From Candidatus Hodarchaeota archaeon (GTDB lineage Archaea > Asgardarchaeota > Heimdallarchaeia > Hodarchaeales > Hodarchaeaceae), in NCBI GenBank assembly GCA_016840035.1, contig JAEOTC010000068.1:19128-83127 (forward strand): a DNA stretch of 64,000 bases. The letters run 5' to 3'. Position numbers and translations under genes: made by a program. The notes under the pieces are model-generated. The model was not told where the DNA came from. It did no database searches and saw only the letters and a program-made list of their open reading frames with translations. Shown here piece after piece: positions 39,022 to 49,220 of this stretch; positions within the stretch are counted from its first letter, which is position 1, and every line of letters begins with the position of its first letter.

Positions 39022-39621
39022 TATTCATTCAACCTCTTTCAATGTTATACACTTAATCAGGTCTTTTCGCTTTAAAAGAGACATAATTCTGGGGTAATAT
39101 CCCCGTCATTCGCAGGTAGTACAGCGAGCTGGTACACGATTTTGTCCAGAATTATTGGGATTCAAAGATTAATCTCATTCGATTCCTGTTATGAATCAAA
39201 TTTGATCGAATTACCCTTATTTCCACATGAAAGACTACGTTTAAGAATAAATCTATTTTAGATAAATCGAATGTCGAAGTAATCTATTTATTATACTTCT
39301 GTTGCTGTTTAATTTGTTTTAAAAGGATTTGAATCAATCTTTCACTTAATCATAAATTGCTTTAGTTCTACAACCGTATCGACTCATTAGTACTTTCCCG
39401 AATGCTTTTATGAGAGGTGCACCAATTCCTAGTACATCGTTAATCGTGAAGAATCTGAAGGGATATCGAATAATTTTCATGTTTTTAAATTAAAAACTCA
39501 ATTCCTCTAGTGGTGATGAAATACAGCTTCTTATGGAAAGTTCACTGGTTCATTTACTCCTAGAATAATTATTCGTGCCCCAGATTTTAATTTGACTTAG
39601 TTGTTTACAATGTGATATTCT

Positions 39622-42600
39622 ATGACTCTAGTTTCTAACGTCCAAAAAGATGAAATAGATAGAAAAGCACCGTTCCTAACCCCTAACGCCATGACTGTCT
39701 TAGAAAAACGATATTTGCTTCAAAATGATAGAGGGGAAATCATAGAAACTCCCATACAGCTATTTTCACGTGTAGCAAAATCAATTGCCGCTAATGAGTC
39801 ACGATATGGGCTTGATTCCTCTGAAATAGAGAAAAAGTTCTATGATATGATGGTTAACTTTGAATTTTTACCTAATAGTCCTACACTAATGAATGCAGGG
39901 ACAAAAATTAATCAATTATCTGCATGTTTTGTATTGCCTGTAGAAGATGATATGACATCTATTTTTCAAGCAATAAAAAATGCTGCAGTAATTCATAAGT
40001 CAGGCGGAGGTTGTGTTGCAAAGGGAACACGAGTTTTCACTTCATTTTGTGGTGTCGAAAAAATCGATACAATTTACAATCATTTTTCAAAAAAAATTGA
40101 CCCAATTTTTGAGGAGAATGCTGAGATAATTGATATATCAAATAAACAAGTGACAACTTTATCATTTGATCCACAAAGCGGTGAGATCATTTCAAAACCC
40201 ATTTCAAAACTATGGAAATATAGAATCGATGCTAAATCAACTGTTAAGATAACTACAGAAGGGAAAAATTACATTTCAACTAGCAATTGGCATCCCTTTT
40301 TTGTCTGGAATGGAAGAGAGATTAGTGAAAAAAGAGCTGATGAGTTAAAAATAGGAGAATATTTGATAACCCCTAATAAAAGTGGGATCAAGAATTGGCC
40401 CTATAAAGCTTATCAAGTAATAAATGGGATCAAGTTAGATGAGAAATTTGCTTATCTAATCGGATTGTTTCAGACAGATGGATCGTTAAATCGTTTTAAG
40501 AATACCGTGACAGGGTGGGAGGGGCTTCGTCTTCGTTTTTTCTCTACTGATAATAAACTGCTTGAAGAATATAATACAATTCTAGAACAGATTACTGGTA
40601 ATAAATACTCTATTCAGACTGATAAGAGAACTCTGCAGGGAAGTCGTATCCCTTTAAAATCTATAACTTGTTATGATTCAAAATTAAATGGAGCGATTGA
40701 AATAGCTAATAGAGGATTGGTTGGGAGTAAATCAAAGAGAGTACGCATACCAGAGCAAATTTTTAAATCACCCATTACCGTAATTTATGCATATATTGCA
40801 GCTGTTTTAGATGGGGATGGTCATGTCACCAAAAAAGAGAAAAAGATCCAATTTTCAACTGGTAGTAAAGAATTTAGTGAAGATCTAAGATCATTACTAT
40901 CAGCGTTGGGAATTAAATCAAGATTTCGTGAGAGATTGGAGACAAGAATTAAACGACAGAGCCTTACTTATGAAATAACTATTAGCGGGATAGGGAATTT
41001 TCATTCGATATCTGAGAAAATACTCAAATATCTTATTGTAGATGAAAAAAGAGAACGGATTGAATCGTATCTGAAGAGACAGCATTCTTCCGAATCATGC
41101 CCGATCTCTTTTGTGATAATTGAACCATTTCTTAATAAAGCGGGGATTGAAACAGTTAATACAGAAATTTGGAGAAAATCTATTCAAATAGGGAAGAATA
41201 AATTCTTTTTAGGACGATGGAAAGAAAAGAATAGGATTAATGTAGTGAAAGTTGTAGAGTTAATAAAGGAACTTCTCATCGGATATAAAGATTCATTCAA
41301 TGAAACGGAAATTAAATTTTTATACAAATTAACCAGAATACTTCCCTCACTTACCTCTATTATTGATATTTCTTCTGGAGAGGAGGTAGAATTCTACGAT
41401 TTTACAGTTAAAGATACAAATAATTACCTCGCAGGAAATGGATTATTCTACATTGTTCATAATACAGGATTCGCTTTTTCTCGACTCAGACCTACTAATG
41501 ACAAAGTTCAAACAACTGGAGGAGTGGCATCTGGGCCAATTTCTTTTATGACCGTTTTTAACTCTGCAACTGAAATAATTAAGCAAGGAGGAAGAAGGCG
41601 TGGAGCAAACATGGGTGTATTGCGAGTCGATCATCCTGATATACTTGAGTTCATTGAATGTAAACAGGATCTAGAGACTTTAAATAATTTTAATATTTCA
41701 GTAGGATTAACGGAAGACTTTATGCAAGCTGTTTTATCAAATTCCGATTACCCTCTCATAAATCCTAGAAATAACGAGACTACTGGTAAATTAAATGCCC
41801 GAACTGTCTTTGACAGAATCGTCCAAATGGCACATAATTCTGGTGAACCAGGAATATTATTTTTAGATCGAATCAATGCCGCAAATCCTACTCCTAAAAT
41901 CAGTAAAATCGAAGCAACCAATCCTTGCCTTACTGGCAACACGTTAATAGCTACAGCCGATGGAAGGACTTCAGTTCCCATAAAAATTCTTGCTGAAGAA
42001 TCAAAAGACGTTCCTGTATTTACTGAAGATAATCAGGGGAAAATTGCCATTAGATATATGAGAAGACCGAGATTAACAAGAAAAAATGTACCTGTGTACA
42101 AAATAACACTAGATTCAGGAGAGAATATTAAAACCACTGCTAACCATCGGTTTTATTTGAGAGATGGCACTCAGAAGAGAACGGATGAATTAAATCCCGG
42201 AGATAGTTTGCATGTTTTGACTAAAGTGTATCAGTACCAAAGAGGTAAATATTCTGTTAATCCTCATAAGAAATATGTACGAATGTACAACCGAGGGCAT
42301 TCAGATAAATCAGAACATACAGTTCTAGCCAAATTTTTCCATAATAATGATATAGAAATACCTGAAGGTTATGTTGTTCATCATATTGATTTTAATTCTG
42401 AAAATAATCATCCTTCAAATCTAGAAATCATGACTTCAGAGGAACATAATTCATTACACAACTTATCTAAAAAAGGAAATAGAAATCCAATTTTTAAAAT
42501 AAAATCAGATCCAGATAAATGGGAAGAATACAAGGCAAAAAATCCGTTTTATCACCCTACTGGAGAGAACAATCCAAGATACGGTGTGAAAGTAACAGAA

Positions 42601-44784
42601 GAAACAAAGAAGAGAATCGGAAAATCACGGAAGAAGTCATACGAAGATAATCCAGTACAAATCCAAGTTCTTTCCGAAATCGCACGAAAGAATTGGAATG
42701 ATCCTGATTATGTTGATAAAACGCAAAAAGGTTTTCTACGAAAAGCACAAGTAAAATTGAAAGAATGTCAGCAACAAACAGATCTGAAATGCTCTTTAAA
42801 TGGAAACAGCGTTATGGTTGAGAAGACCTGTGAGTATTGTGGGAAAAACTTTCATATTAGCTTCAGTAAGAGAGAGATTAGTTCGTGTAGAAAAGAGTGT
42901 TTTATGGATTTCTTCAATGAGAATGAGGAAATGATTCAGAAACGGACACGAGGAGTAAGACGTACCTACCAGATACAATCTAAGGAAAAACGTGAAAACC
43001 AGCTACAGTGTTTTATTGATTTAAAGAGAAAATTAAACCGTGATCCCTTGAAAAAGGAATGGGAGAACCAATGCAAAAAATCTTCAATACCCTATAGATT
43101 AGGAACAGAATTCGGCTTTAAAACTTATACTGAACTCAAAAATTCAGCCCTCATGTACAATCATACAGTTCTCGCTGTAGAATTATGTGGGGATGAGGAT
43201 GTATACAATGGGACAGTTGATGATTTTCATAATTTTTTCATAGGTGGGTTTAAAGAAGAAAAAACAGGAAAAGAAAGAATAAAATTCGTCAAAACTCAGA
43301 ACTGCGGTGAGCAACCCTTATTACCATATGAATCGTGCAATTTGGGCTCAATAAACCTTGGAAAGATGGTTAAAACTGATTCCACTCAGACTTATGGATA
43401 TAGCATAGATTTTGAGAGGTTAGAACAGATTACTCGACTTTCAGTGAAATTTTTAGACAATGTGATTGATCTTTCCACTTTTCCACTACCAGAAATAGAA
43501 GAAATGACAAAATCTAACCGTAAAATTGGACTTGGAGTGATGGGTTTCGCAGATCTACTAATCAAATTAGGAATCTCCTATGATTCACTGGAGGGTCTCG
43601 GAATCGCGAAAAAAGTGATGAAATTTATTCATCAAACTGCACTTCAAGCATCACAAGATTTGGCAAAAGAAAGAGGTTCATTTCCAAATTTTCCAGAAAG
43701 TACGTTGGCCGATCACTACACGATGATGAGGAATGCAACATTAACTACTTTAGCGCCTACAGGGACTATTTCAATTATTGCGGGATGTTCCAGTGGAATA
43801 GAACCTTTATTCATGTTAACCTATGAAAGACGAGTTCTTGATGATGATATTCTGGTTGAAGGATATCCATTTTTTGTGGAGAAAGCAAAACGATTGGGCT
43901 TTTACTCACAGGACCTGATGAAACAGGTGGCATTGACTGGTTCAATCTCAGAAATTGAAGAAATACCCGAGGATATCAAAAAAGTCTTCGTCACGGCACA
44001 TGATATAACGCCCGAGGCCCATGTGAGAATGCAGGCTGTTTTTCAAGGATCTGGTGTAGATAATGCTGTCTCGAAGACAATTAATTTTCCTCACGAGGCC
44101 TCTTTAGAAGATATACAACAAGCCTACCTCCTTGCATATGAATTGGGGTGTAAGGGCATAACCGTTTATCGTTCAGGTTCCCGCGCTTATGATGTACTGT
44201 CAAAGAAAGGAACGAATGAAGAATCCAGTGTTGTTGCTGAACCAATTAAAATTAAAAAACCGCGACAAAGACCCAATGTCACTCAAGGAATTACTGAACG
44301 AATAAGAGTTGGTTGTGGGACAAATTTATTTATTACAATCAACGAAGATGAAGAAGGTCTAACAGAACTGTTTTTATCCTTGGGTAAATCAGGAGGATGT
44401 GTAGCTTCTCATATTGAGGCGATGGGAAGGCTCATTTCATTGACACTACGTAGTAGAATTGATCCTGAAGAAATTATTTTACAATTAAAAGCGATCAGAT
44501 GTCCTTCACCGACTTTCGGACCAGAAGGACCAGTCCTTTCATGTGCTGATGCAGTTGCTAAATCCGTCGAAAGGTTTATCGAACAATATAGTCAAAATGG
44601 GAACGAAAAAAATTCTGTCAATGAGGGACAAAAAGATGTTAAAGAGTATGGTGACCCAGAAACGCTTTATTTAACTCATACAACATCAGGATTACGACCA
44701 GAATGTCCAGAGTGTGGTAATATTGTGGAACATAGTGAAGGGTGCATTCTTTGTCGGGTTTGTGGATATTCCAAGTGTGGATAA
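39622..44784 (+). CDS. nrdJ: adenosylcobalamin-dependent (class II) ribonucleoside-di/triphosphate reductase, interrupted by two inteins
   Basis: N-terminal NAMTVLEKRYL. KSGGG|intein|TGFAFSRLRP. ATNP|intein|CGEQPLLPYESCNLGSINL (thiyl-radical Cys loop). C-terminal CPECG...CRVCG zinc ribbon. 1720 aa in total, 777 aa of extein. Confidence 0.95.
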   Translation: MTLVSNVQKDEIDRKAPFLTPNAMTVLEKRYLLQNDRGEIIETPIQLFSRVAKSIAANESRYGLDSSEIEKKFYDMMVNFEFLPNSPTLMNAGTKINQLSACFVLPVEDDMTSIFQAIKNAAVIHKSGGGCVAKGTRVFTSFCGVEKIDTIYNHFSKKIDPIFEENAEIIDISNKQVTTLSFDPQSGEIISKPISKLWKYRIDAKSTVKITTEGKNYISTSNWHPFFVWNGREISEKRADELKIGEYLITPNKSGIKNWPYKAYQVINGIKLDEKFAYLIGLFQTDGSLNRFKNTVTGWEGLRLRFFSTDNKLLEEYNTILEQITGNKYSIQTDKRTLQGSRIPLKSITCYDSKLNGAIEIANRGLVGSKSKRVRIPEQIFKSPITVIYAYIAAVLDGDGHVTKKEKKIQFSTGSKEFSEDLRSLLSALGIKSRFRERLETRIKRQSLTYEITISGIGNFHSISEKILKYLIVDEKRERIESYLKRQHSSESCPISFVIIEPFLNKAGIETVNTEIWRKSIQIGKNKFFLGRWKEKNRINVVKVVELIKELLIGYKDSFNETEIKFLYKLTRILPSLTSIIDISSGEEVEFYDFTVKDTNNYLAGNGLFYIVHNTGFAFSRLRPTNDKVQTTGGVASGPISFMTVFNSATEIIKQGGRRRGANMGVLRVDHPDILEFIECKQDLETLNNFNISVGLTEDFMQAVLSNSDYPLINPRNNETTGKLNARTVFDRIVQMAHNSGEPGILFLDRINAANPTPKISKIEATNPCLTGNTLIATADGRTSVPIKILAEESKDVPVFTEDNQGKIAIRYMRRPRLTRKNVPVYKITLDSGENIKTTANHRFYLRDGTQKRTDELNPGDSLHVLTKVYQYQRGKYSVNPHKKYVRMYNRGHSDKSEHTVLAKFFHNNDIEIPEGYVVHHIDFNSENNHPSNLEIMTSEEHNSLHNLSKKGNRNPIFKIKSDPDKWEEYKAKNPFYHPTGENNPRYGVKVTEETKKRIGKSRKKSYEDNPVQIQVLSEIARKNWNDPDYVDKTQKGFLRKAQVKLKECQQQTDLKCSLNGNSVMVEKTCEYCGKNFHISFSKREISSCRKECFMDFFNENEEMIQKRTRGVRRTYQIQSKEKRENQLQCFIDLKRKLNRDPLKKEWENQCKKSSIPYRLGTEFGFKTYTELKNSALMYNHTVLAVELCGDEDVYNGTVDDFHNFFIGGFKEEKTGKERIKFVKTQNCGEQPLLPYESCNLGSINLGKMVKTDSTQTYGYSIDFERLEQITRLSVKFLDNVIDLSTFPLPEIEEMTKSNRKIGLGVMGFADLLIKLGISYDSLEGLGIAKKVMKFIHQTALQASQDLAKERGSFPNFPESTLADHYTMMRNATLTTLAPTGTISIIAGCSSGIEPLFMLTYERRVLDDDILVEGYPFFVEKAKRLGFYSQDLMKQVALTGSISEIEEIPEDIKKVFVTAHDITPEAHVRMQAVFQGSGVDNAVSKTINFPHEASLEDIQQAYLLAYELGCKGITVYRSGSRAYDVLSKKGTNEESSVVAEPIKIKKPRQRPNVTQGITERIRVGCGTNLFITINEDEEGLTELFLSLGKSGGCVASHIEAMGRLISLTLRSRIDPEEIILQLKAIRCPSPTFGPEGPVLSCADAVAKSVERFIEQYSQNGNEKNSVNEGQKDVKEYGDPETLYLTHTTSGLRPECPECGNIVEHSEGCILCRVCGYSKCG
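40012..41463 (+). mobile_element. intein 1 (484 aa) with LAGLIDADG homing endonuclease
   Basis: Starts CVAKGTRV (block A), has SNWHPFF (block B), and ends FYIVHN followed by Thr+1. LAGLIDADG motifs YLIGLFQTDGSL (about 40447-40485) and YIAAVLDGDGHV (about 40792-40827). Boundaries were mapped codon by codon and are in frame. Confidence 0.9.
41926..43302 (+). mobile_element. intein 2 (459 aa) with HNH-type endonuclease region
   Basis: Starts CLTGNTLIATADG (block A) with TANHRFY (block B). HNH motif VVHHIDFNSENNHPSNLEIMTSEEHNSLHN (about 42373-42462). NUMOD3-like NPRYGVKVTEETKKRIGKS. CEYCG...CRKEC. Block F VYNGTVDDFHNFFIGG. Ends VKTQN followed by Cys+1 of NPCGEQ. Confidence 0.85.
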
Positions 44785-45198
44785 GTTGTTAAAACTCAGG
44801 ATCCTCTAATGTAATGTCATAAAGGCTTTTATCGTCAAATTGCATGCTTTTTCTTCTGGTGATGCTTTATTTTAGTACATAGACGCACTAATGTATTCTA
44901 TATTATTTCTATGAAATAAAATGTGTGATAAAGACAATTTATCTAAGTTTTATGTATAAGATTACACATCAAAGCGTTTTATCGGAATCTAGTGTAACAA
45001 TATGCATAGTTAAATTAATAGGATAAAGTAATTGCTTATATGACTCTGCTTACTCGCTAAACAGAATGAACTATCAAATGTGAGTGATATAAGTAAGAAA
45101 GAGTATGTCGGAACTTCCTTTCAGGAAGAAGATTCAATATAGACAACGAAAAATTAAGTTAGAATATGTTACCAACTACCCAGATGTAAAAGGATTGT

Positions 45199-46113
45199 AT
45201 GAAAATGAAATGGACAGATCTCGAAGCACCTAAATCTGCAATGGCCACTTTGAATCGTGTTTCGGGAATCACATTATGGGAAGAAATGGTACGAGACCGT
45301 AGAGATTTCTGTTTGTCTAAATGTCAAAACAACAAAGTTGTCAATATGTTAAGACCAAAATGCACGGATCGTCGCTATTTGGATGTCTTACTGCTAAAAC
45401 GTGAAACTAAAAAAAATATGCCTATGTTTTGCTACTCTCAAAGGATAAAGGGTTTATTACGTTCATTTCAAGAAGGGGAATTTTTATTACCTGACGTTTA
45501 TATTTATTTAGACGATTATTGGAAGATCATTCATGAAAAACAGGCAAAAGCTAGAAGAACAGCATCTGATTTTCTGAAACGAACAATTATCAAGGGAAAA
45601 GAAGTCTTACCAATGGGAAATGTGGATCAACTCATTGAAACGCATTTTGTAAGAGGGCAAATCTTCTGTCTATGGCCTAAACTTGATCTATGTCTTGTAA
45701 ATGCACAAGAAACAAGTATTCATAGTTTAAAAATGCTCAGTTCCATCGTAGAGACCCTTGCTGAATCGTATGGTTTAGATATCGATCTTATGATAGAGGG
45801 TAATTTTGCCGAACTTCGGTTCCAAAACTTAGTGATTGGGGATCCCAGTCTAGTAGAAGCTGAATTAGAGAAATCCACATCTTTTACTGGATATTCTGAA
45901 GATGAAATTTGGGCTGAGATCAATTTACCTTCAGATTTTGAAGAAGAAGGATCTGACTTTAAAGTAAAGGACCTTCATCTAATTTTCCAAACAGTGGACC
46001 GGGTAGTTGAATTAGGAGAGCAGGATGCATCACAAAAAACAGAAGAAGTAGAGGTTCAAGTTGACGATATACCTATTGAAGTAAATAAGGAATCAAAAAT
46101 TAGAAAAACTTGA
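45199..46113 (+). CDS. hypothetical protein with acidic C-terminal tail
   Basis: 304-aa ORF with no recognised motif. The C-terminal ~70 aa are E/D-rich (SDFEEEGSDF, EEVEVQVDDIPIEV). Confidence 0.55.
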   Translation: MKMKWTDLEAPKSAMATLNRVSGITLWEEMVRDRRDFCLSKCQNNKVVNMLRPKCTDRRYLDVLLLKRETKKNMPMFCYSQRIKGLLRSFQEGEFLLPDVYIYLDDYWKIIHEKQAKARRTASDFLKRTIIKGKEVLPMGNVDQLIETHFVRGQIFCLWPKLDLCLVNAQETSIHSLKMLSSIVETLAESYGLDIDLMIEGNFAELRFQNLVIGDPSLVEAELEKSTSFTGYSEDEIWAEINLPSDFEEEGSDFKVKDLHLIFQTVDRVVELGEQDASQKTEEVEVQVDDIPIEVNKESKIRKT

Positions 46114-46220
46114 CGATATCCAGATTCCTTTCTTCTGAATTTTTATCTTATAGGAGAATTAGGTTTTAAATAAGAGAAAAAATTAGTTTCTCTGAACCTC
46201 CTTAAAAGGGTCTGAAGTTA

Positions 46221-48146
46221 ATGTTTGCTATCCAAAAGAAAGACGGTTTAGGGCGTATAGGTACTCTCATAACAACCCATGGGAAAATTTCCACTCCTGT
46301 TTTATTACCTGTTGTTAATCCAAACAAGCAAGAGATTACTCCGTCTGATATGGTCAAATGTGGGGCTGAGGCATTCATTACGAATTCATATTTATTATAT
46401 CGAAACCTTACAAATAGAGAATTTGCACTAAAACAAGGATTACATAGATTAATTGATTTTAATGGCCCCATAATGACTGATTCAGGTGCATTTCAGCTCA
46501 TGGAGTATGGGGAAGTATCAATCACTAATCCATTGATTACGACGTTTCAAGAACAGATCCATAGTGATATAGGAGTGTTTTTGGATATACCAACAAAACA
46601 GGTAGAGTATGAGAAAGTCAAGTCTACGTTGAAAACAACACTAATCAGAGCTGATGAACATATTCAATGTCGAGATCCCTCGAGTAAAATTTTATGGGCG
46701 GGACCTATTCAAGGTGGAGAATTCTTAGACTTAGTTGAAGAATCGAGCAAGGAAATGGCGCAAAAAGCTTTTTCTGTCCATCCGCTTGGCTCTGTCGTCC
46801 CTTATTTAGAACGTTATAATTTTGATATCGTAATAAAGATGATATTGACGGCAAAACAGCATCTCCCTCTAAATCGCCCTATCCATCTTTTCGGTGCTGG
46901 ACATCCGATGTTTTTTGCCATCTCCGTTTTTCTTGGAATTGATATGTTCGATTCTGCAGCGTACTTCCTATATGCAAGAAAGGGGCGGTATTTAACTCCA
47001 TTTGGTACTCATTATTTGAGTGATCTTCAGTACTTTCCTTGTTCCTGTAGTGTATGCTTATCTTATAAAGTAAAAGAGTTACAGCAACTTGATCATACGA
47101 CTAAAACCCACTTATTGGCAAAACACAATCTGAATGTCAGCTTCGAGGAAATTCAAAGAGTTAAACAAGCTATAATTGAGGGAAGATTAACTGAACTGGT
47201 TTTATCTCGGACAATGAATCATCCCTCTCTAGCTCGGTTGATACCTATTCTATTTGATCATTCTACTTCCACGTTTATTGAACCATTTACCCCAATCTCC
47301 TCAAATAGAGCAAAATTGTTTACCCATCCAGTGTCTAAGATACATCCACAAATTATACGATATAAACATAGAGTTCTCGAGAGGTTTTTTACCTGGAGTT
47401 CTCAACTGGTTTTGGCACGTGACTATCGTAAGATACGATCAACCAGGGATTTTCAAGTAGTAAAAATTTCCCCGTTATTTGGGGTAATTCCAGATGAATT
47501 ACAAGGAGTTTTTCCACTTGTTCAGCATGAAAGAATACCTATGGATTTTACTGAACAGGATATAAGATTTATAGAGAATTTTATTGAGAAATATAAGCTA
47601 AAGTTTCAAGAAATACGTCTTCATTCAGATTTGGGAATTCAGAGTGAGATCCTTAAATCATTTGAAATTAAGGACAAGGAAAAGAAATCTTCCAAACCTT
47701 CAGACCTGATAAAGCTTAAGGCCTTGATAGATTTCCAATTTGGATCTGGAGCTCACAATGTTTTTGATGAAATGCCTGTTTCTGTTAATCGTTCACCAAA
47801 AACCGGAATTTTAAGAAATTTCATGCATAATGACAAAATAATTGGCACAATTAGACCAACAGATTTTTCGATTGTTCCCTCAAAGATGTTTGCTGCAAAA
47901 CTATTAGAGTTTATCCCCTCCCCAAAGTTACGAGTAATTGCAACTAATGATAGTATTCCTTTTATCGCTAAGAATAAGGATCTTTTGGCAAAGTTCGTAA
48001 CATCTGCAGATCCAAACATCAAAAGTGGTGAGGAAGTTTTCATTATGGATGAGAAAAATAATTTTATCAATTCTGGTCGAGCCCATTTATCTGCAGCTGA
48101 AATGATTCAGTTTGACCATGGAATTGCTGTGAGAGTTCGAAGATAA
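46221..48146 (+). CDS. tgtA: archaeosine tRNA-guanine transglycosylase (ArcTGT) with C-terminal PUA domain
   Basis: KDGLGRIGTLITTHGKISTPVLLPVVNPN, DSGAFQL and zinc site CSCSVC. 641 aa, consistent with TGT + C1/C2 + PUA. Confidence 0.95.
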   Translation: MFAIQKKDGLGRIGTLITTHGKISTPVLLPVVNPNKQEITPSDMVKCGAEAFITNSYLLYRNLTNREFALKQGLHRLIDFNGPIMTDSGAFQLMEYGEVSITNPLITTFQEQIHSDIGVFLDIPTKQVEYEKVKSTLKTTLIRADEHIQCRDPSSKILWAGPIQGGEFLDLVEESSKEMAQKAFSVHPLGSVVPYLERYNFDIVIKMILTAKQHLPLNRPIHLFGAGHPMFFAISVFLGIDMFDSAAYFLYARKGRYLTPFGTHYLSDLQYFPCSCSVCLSYKVKELQQLDHTTKTHLLAKHNLNVSFEEIQRVKQAIIEGRLTELVLSRTMNHPSLARLIPILFDHSTSTFIEPFTPISSNRAKLFTHPVSKIHPQIIRYKHRVLERFFTWSSQLVLARDYRKIRSTRDFQVVKISPLFGVIPDELQGVFPLVQHERIPMDFTEQDIRFIENFIEKYKLKFQEIRLHSDLGIQSEILKSFEIKDKEKKSSKPSDLIKLKALIDFQFGSGAHNVFDEMPVSVNRSPKTGILRNFMHNDKIIGTIRPTDFSIVPSKMFAAKLLEFIPSPKLRVIATNDSIPFIAKNKDLLAKFVTSADPNIKSGEEVFIMDEKNNFINSGRAHLSAAEMIQFDHGIAVRVRR

Positions 48147-48266
48147 ATTGGATTAATTTAGGGTAAAGTGTGAATAATTTTTTGATTACAGTCCTGAAGG
48201 AGGAAAATGGCAAAATGTTAGCTTTTATATTACCACTCGGAATGTTGCTTAAAGGAGGAAAAACCT

Positions 48267-49196
48267 TTGCCCCAAAGAACCAGAAGGAAAAATTTGCTGG
48301 AAATTTCAAACCAGCCCGAACTCTGGATATTCAGTAATTCATTATCAGAAAAATGGATAACTGAAGATGATCTCAAAAATCCGTTCTTTGAACGACAAGT
48401 AACAATGCCTATCTCGCTCCCTTCTGGCACTGCCATATTTAAGATTGAATCTGATGGGACTCAGGGTGATGTCATCTCTTTTTCAGTAGCTCATTCTTCC
48501 GAAATTCATCTCTTCCAGCTTTTGGATCTCTCTCAAGCATCAGAATTTAAACAAAGAGTCTTATCATTTGTAAACACTGTTTATAATGAGAATTTCGATT
48601 TTTTTAGTTATTTGCAGCCGTATTTTTTACCAAAATTAAGGGAATTTGGAGTAATGGACATTCTTGGAGAATCATCAATCCAGGATTTAGCAAATTACGG
48701 GGTAAAATCGAGAATTCTGCAACGGATATCAGATCCTATTCAGGGTTATGAAGTCCCCCAATATTGGCGTGTGAATAGAAGTCTCATAACTTTAGTAAAA
48801 ACTGATATACATAATGAAAAGAGAATTAACTCCCTTCGATCCACTATCTGTGACCGGTTAGCAAAGCATGCAGTAATAGAAAGTCTCCGGTGCTCTGTTA
48901 TTGCATTAAAACATTATGCCGATCTACTTGATGGAATGACCTCTGAATCGAAGATAGAATATGCAGATGAATACTTGGAGCTTGCAGAGGGTTTATATCA
49001 GTTAGGAGAATATCAAGATTCGGCTGTGTTTTATTCCAAATGCCTTTCTCATTCAAACTTTGAAAATAAATCAGAAGACGTTAGGAACAACATTTTAGCT
49101 GCTCTAAAATCTTCTATAGAACAATTAGAACCCCAAGAGTTCCTTGAATATGCATTATTTGCAGCTCGAGTAGCCCGTGGATATGAGGAGAAATAA
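48267..49196 (+). CDS. hypothetical protein (C-terminal TPR-like helices)
   Basis: 309-aa ORF with a TTG start; the true start is uncertain. The C-terminal YLELAEGLYQLGEYQDSAVFYSKCL looks like a TPR-like repeat. Confidence 0.5.
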   Translation: MPQRTRRKNLLEISNQPELWIFSNSLSEKWITEDDLKNPFFERQVTMPISLPSGTAIFKIESDGTQGDVISFSVAHSSEIHLFQLLDLSQASEFKQRVLSFVNTVYNENFDFFSYLQPYFLPKLREFGVMDILGESSIQDLANYGVKSRILQRISDPIQGYEVPQYWRVNRSLITLVKTDIHNEKRINSLRSTICDRLAKHAVIESLRCSVIALKHYADLLDGMTSESKIEYADEYLELAEGLYQLGEYQDSAVFYSKCLSHSNFENKSEDVRNNILAALKSSIEQLEPQEFLEYALFAARVARGYEEK

Positions 49197-49220
49197 TTTT
49201 CAATAATTCATTGAAAGCTA

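Noticed and set aside
39513-39519. A C-box-like GUGAUGA upstream of nrdJ.
   Set aside because: No CUGA D box lies at a suitable distance downstream, and there is no terminal pairing.
39022-39621. A cobalamin riboswitch in front of the B12-dependent RNR.
   Set aside because: I could not find a B12-box-like GCCACTG core or the GC-rich multi-stem architecture. The region is mostly AT-rich.
43303-44784. A possible third intein in the C-terminal half of nrdJ.
   Set aside because: The sequence is collinear with ordinary class II RNR (GTISIIAGCSSGIEPLF, ITVYRSGSR), with no Cys/Ser...HN junction pair or endonuclease motifs.
46202-46471. A minus-strand 89-aa ORF overlapping the start of tgtA.
   Set aside because: It overlaps the highly conserved ArcTGT N-terminus on the opposite strand and has no supporting features.
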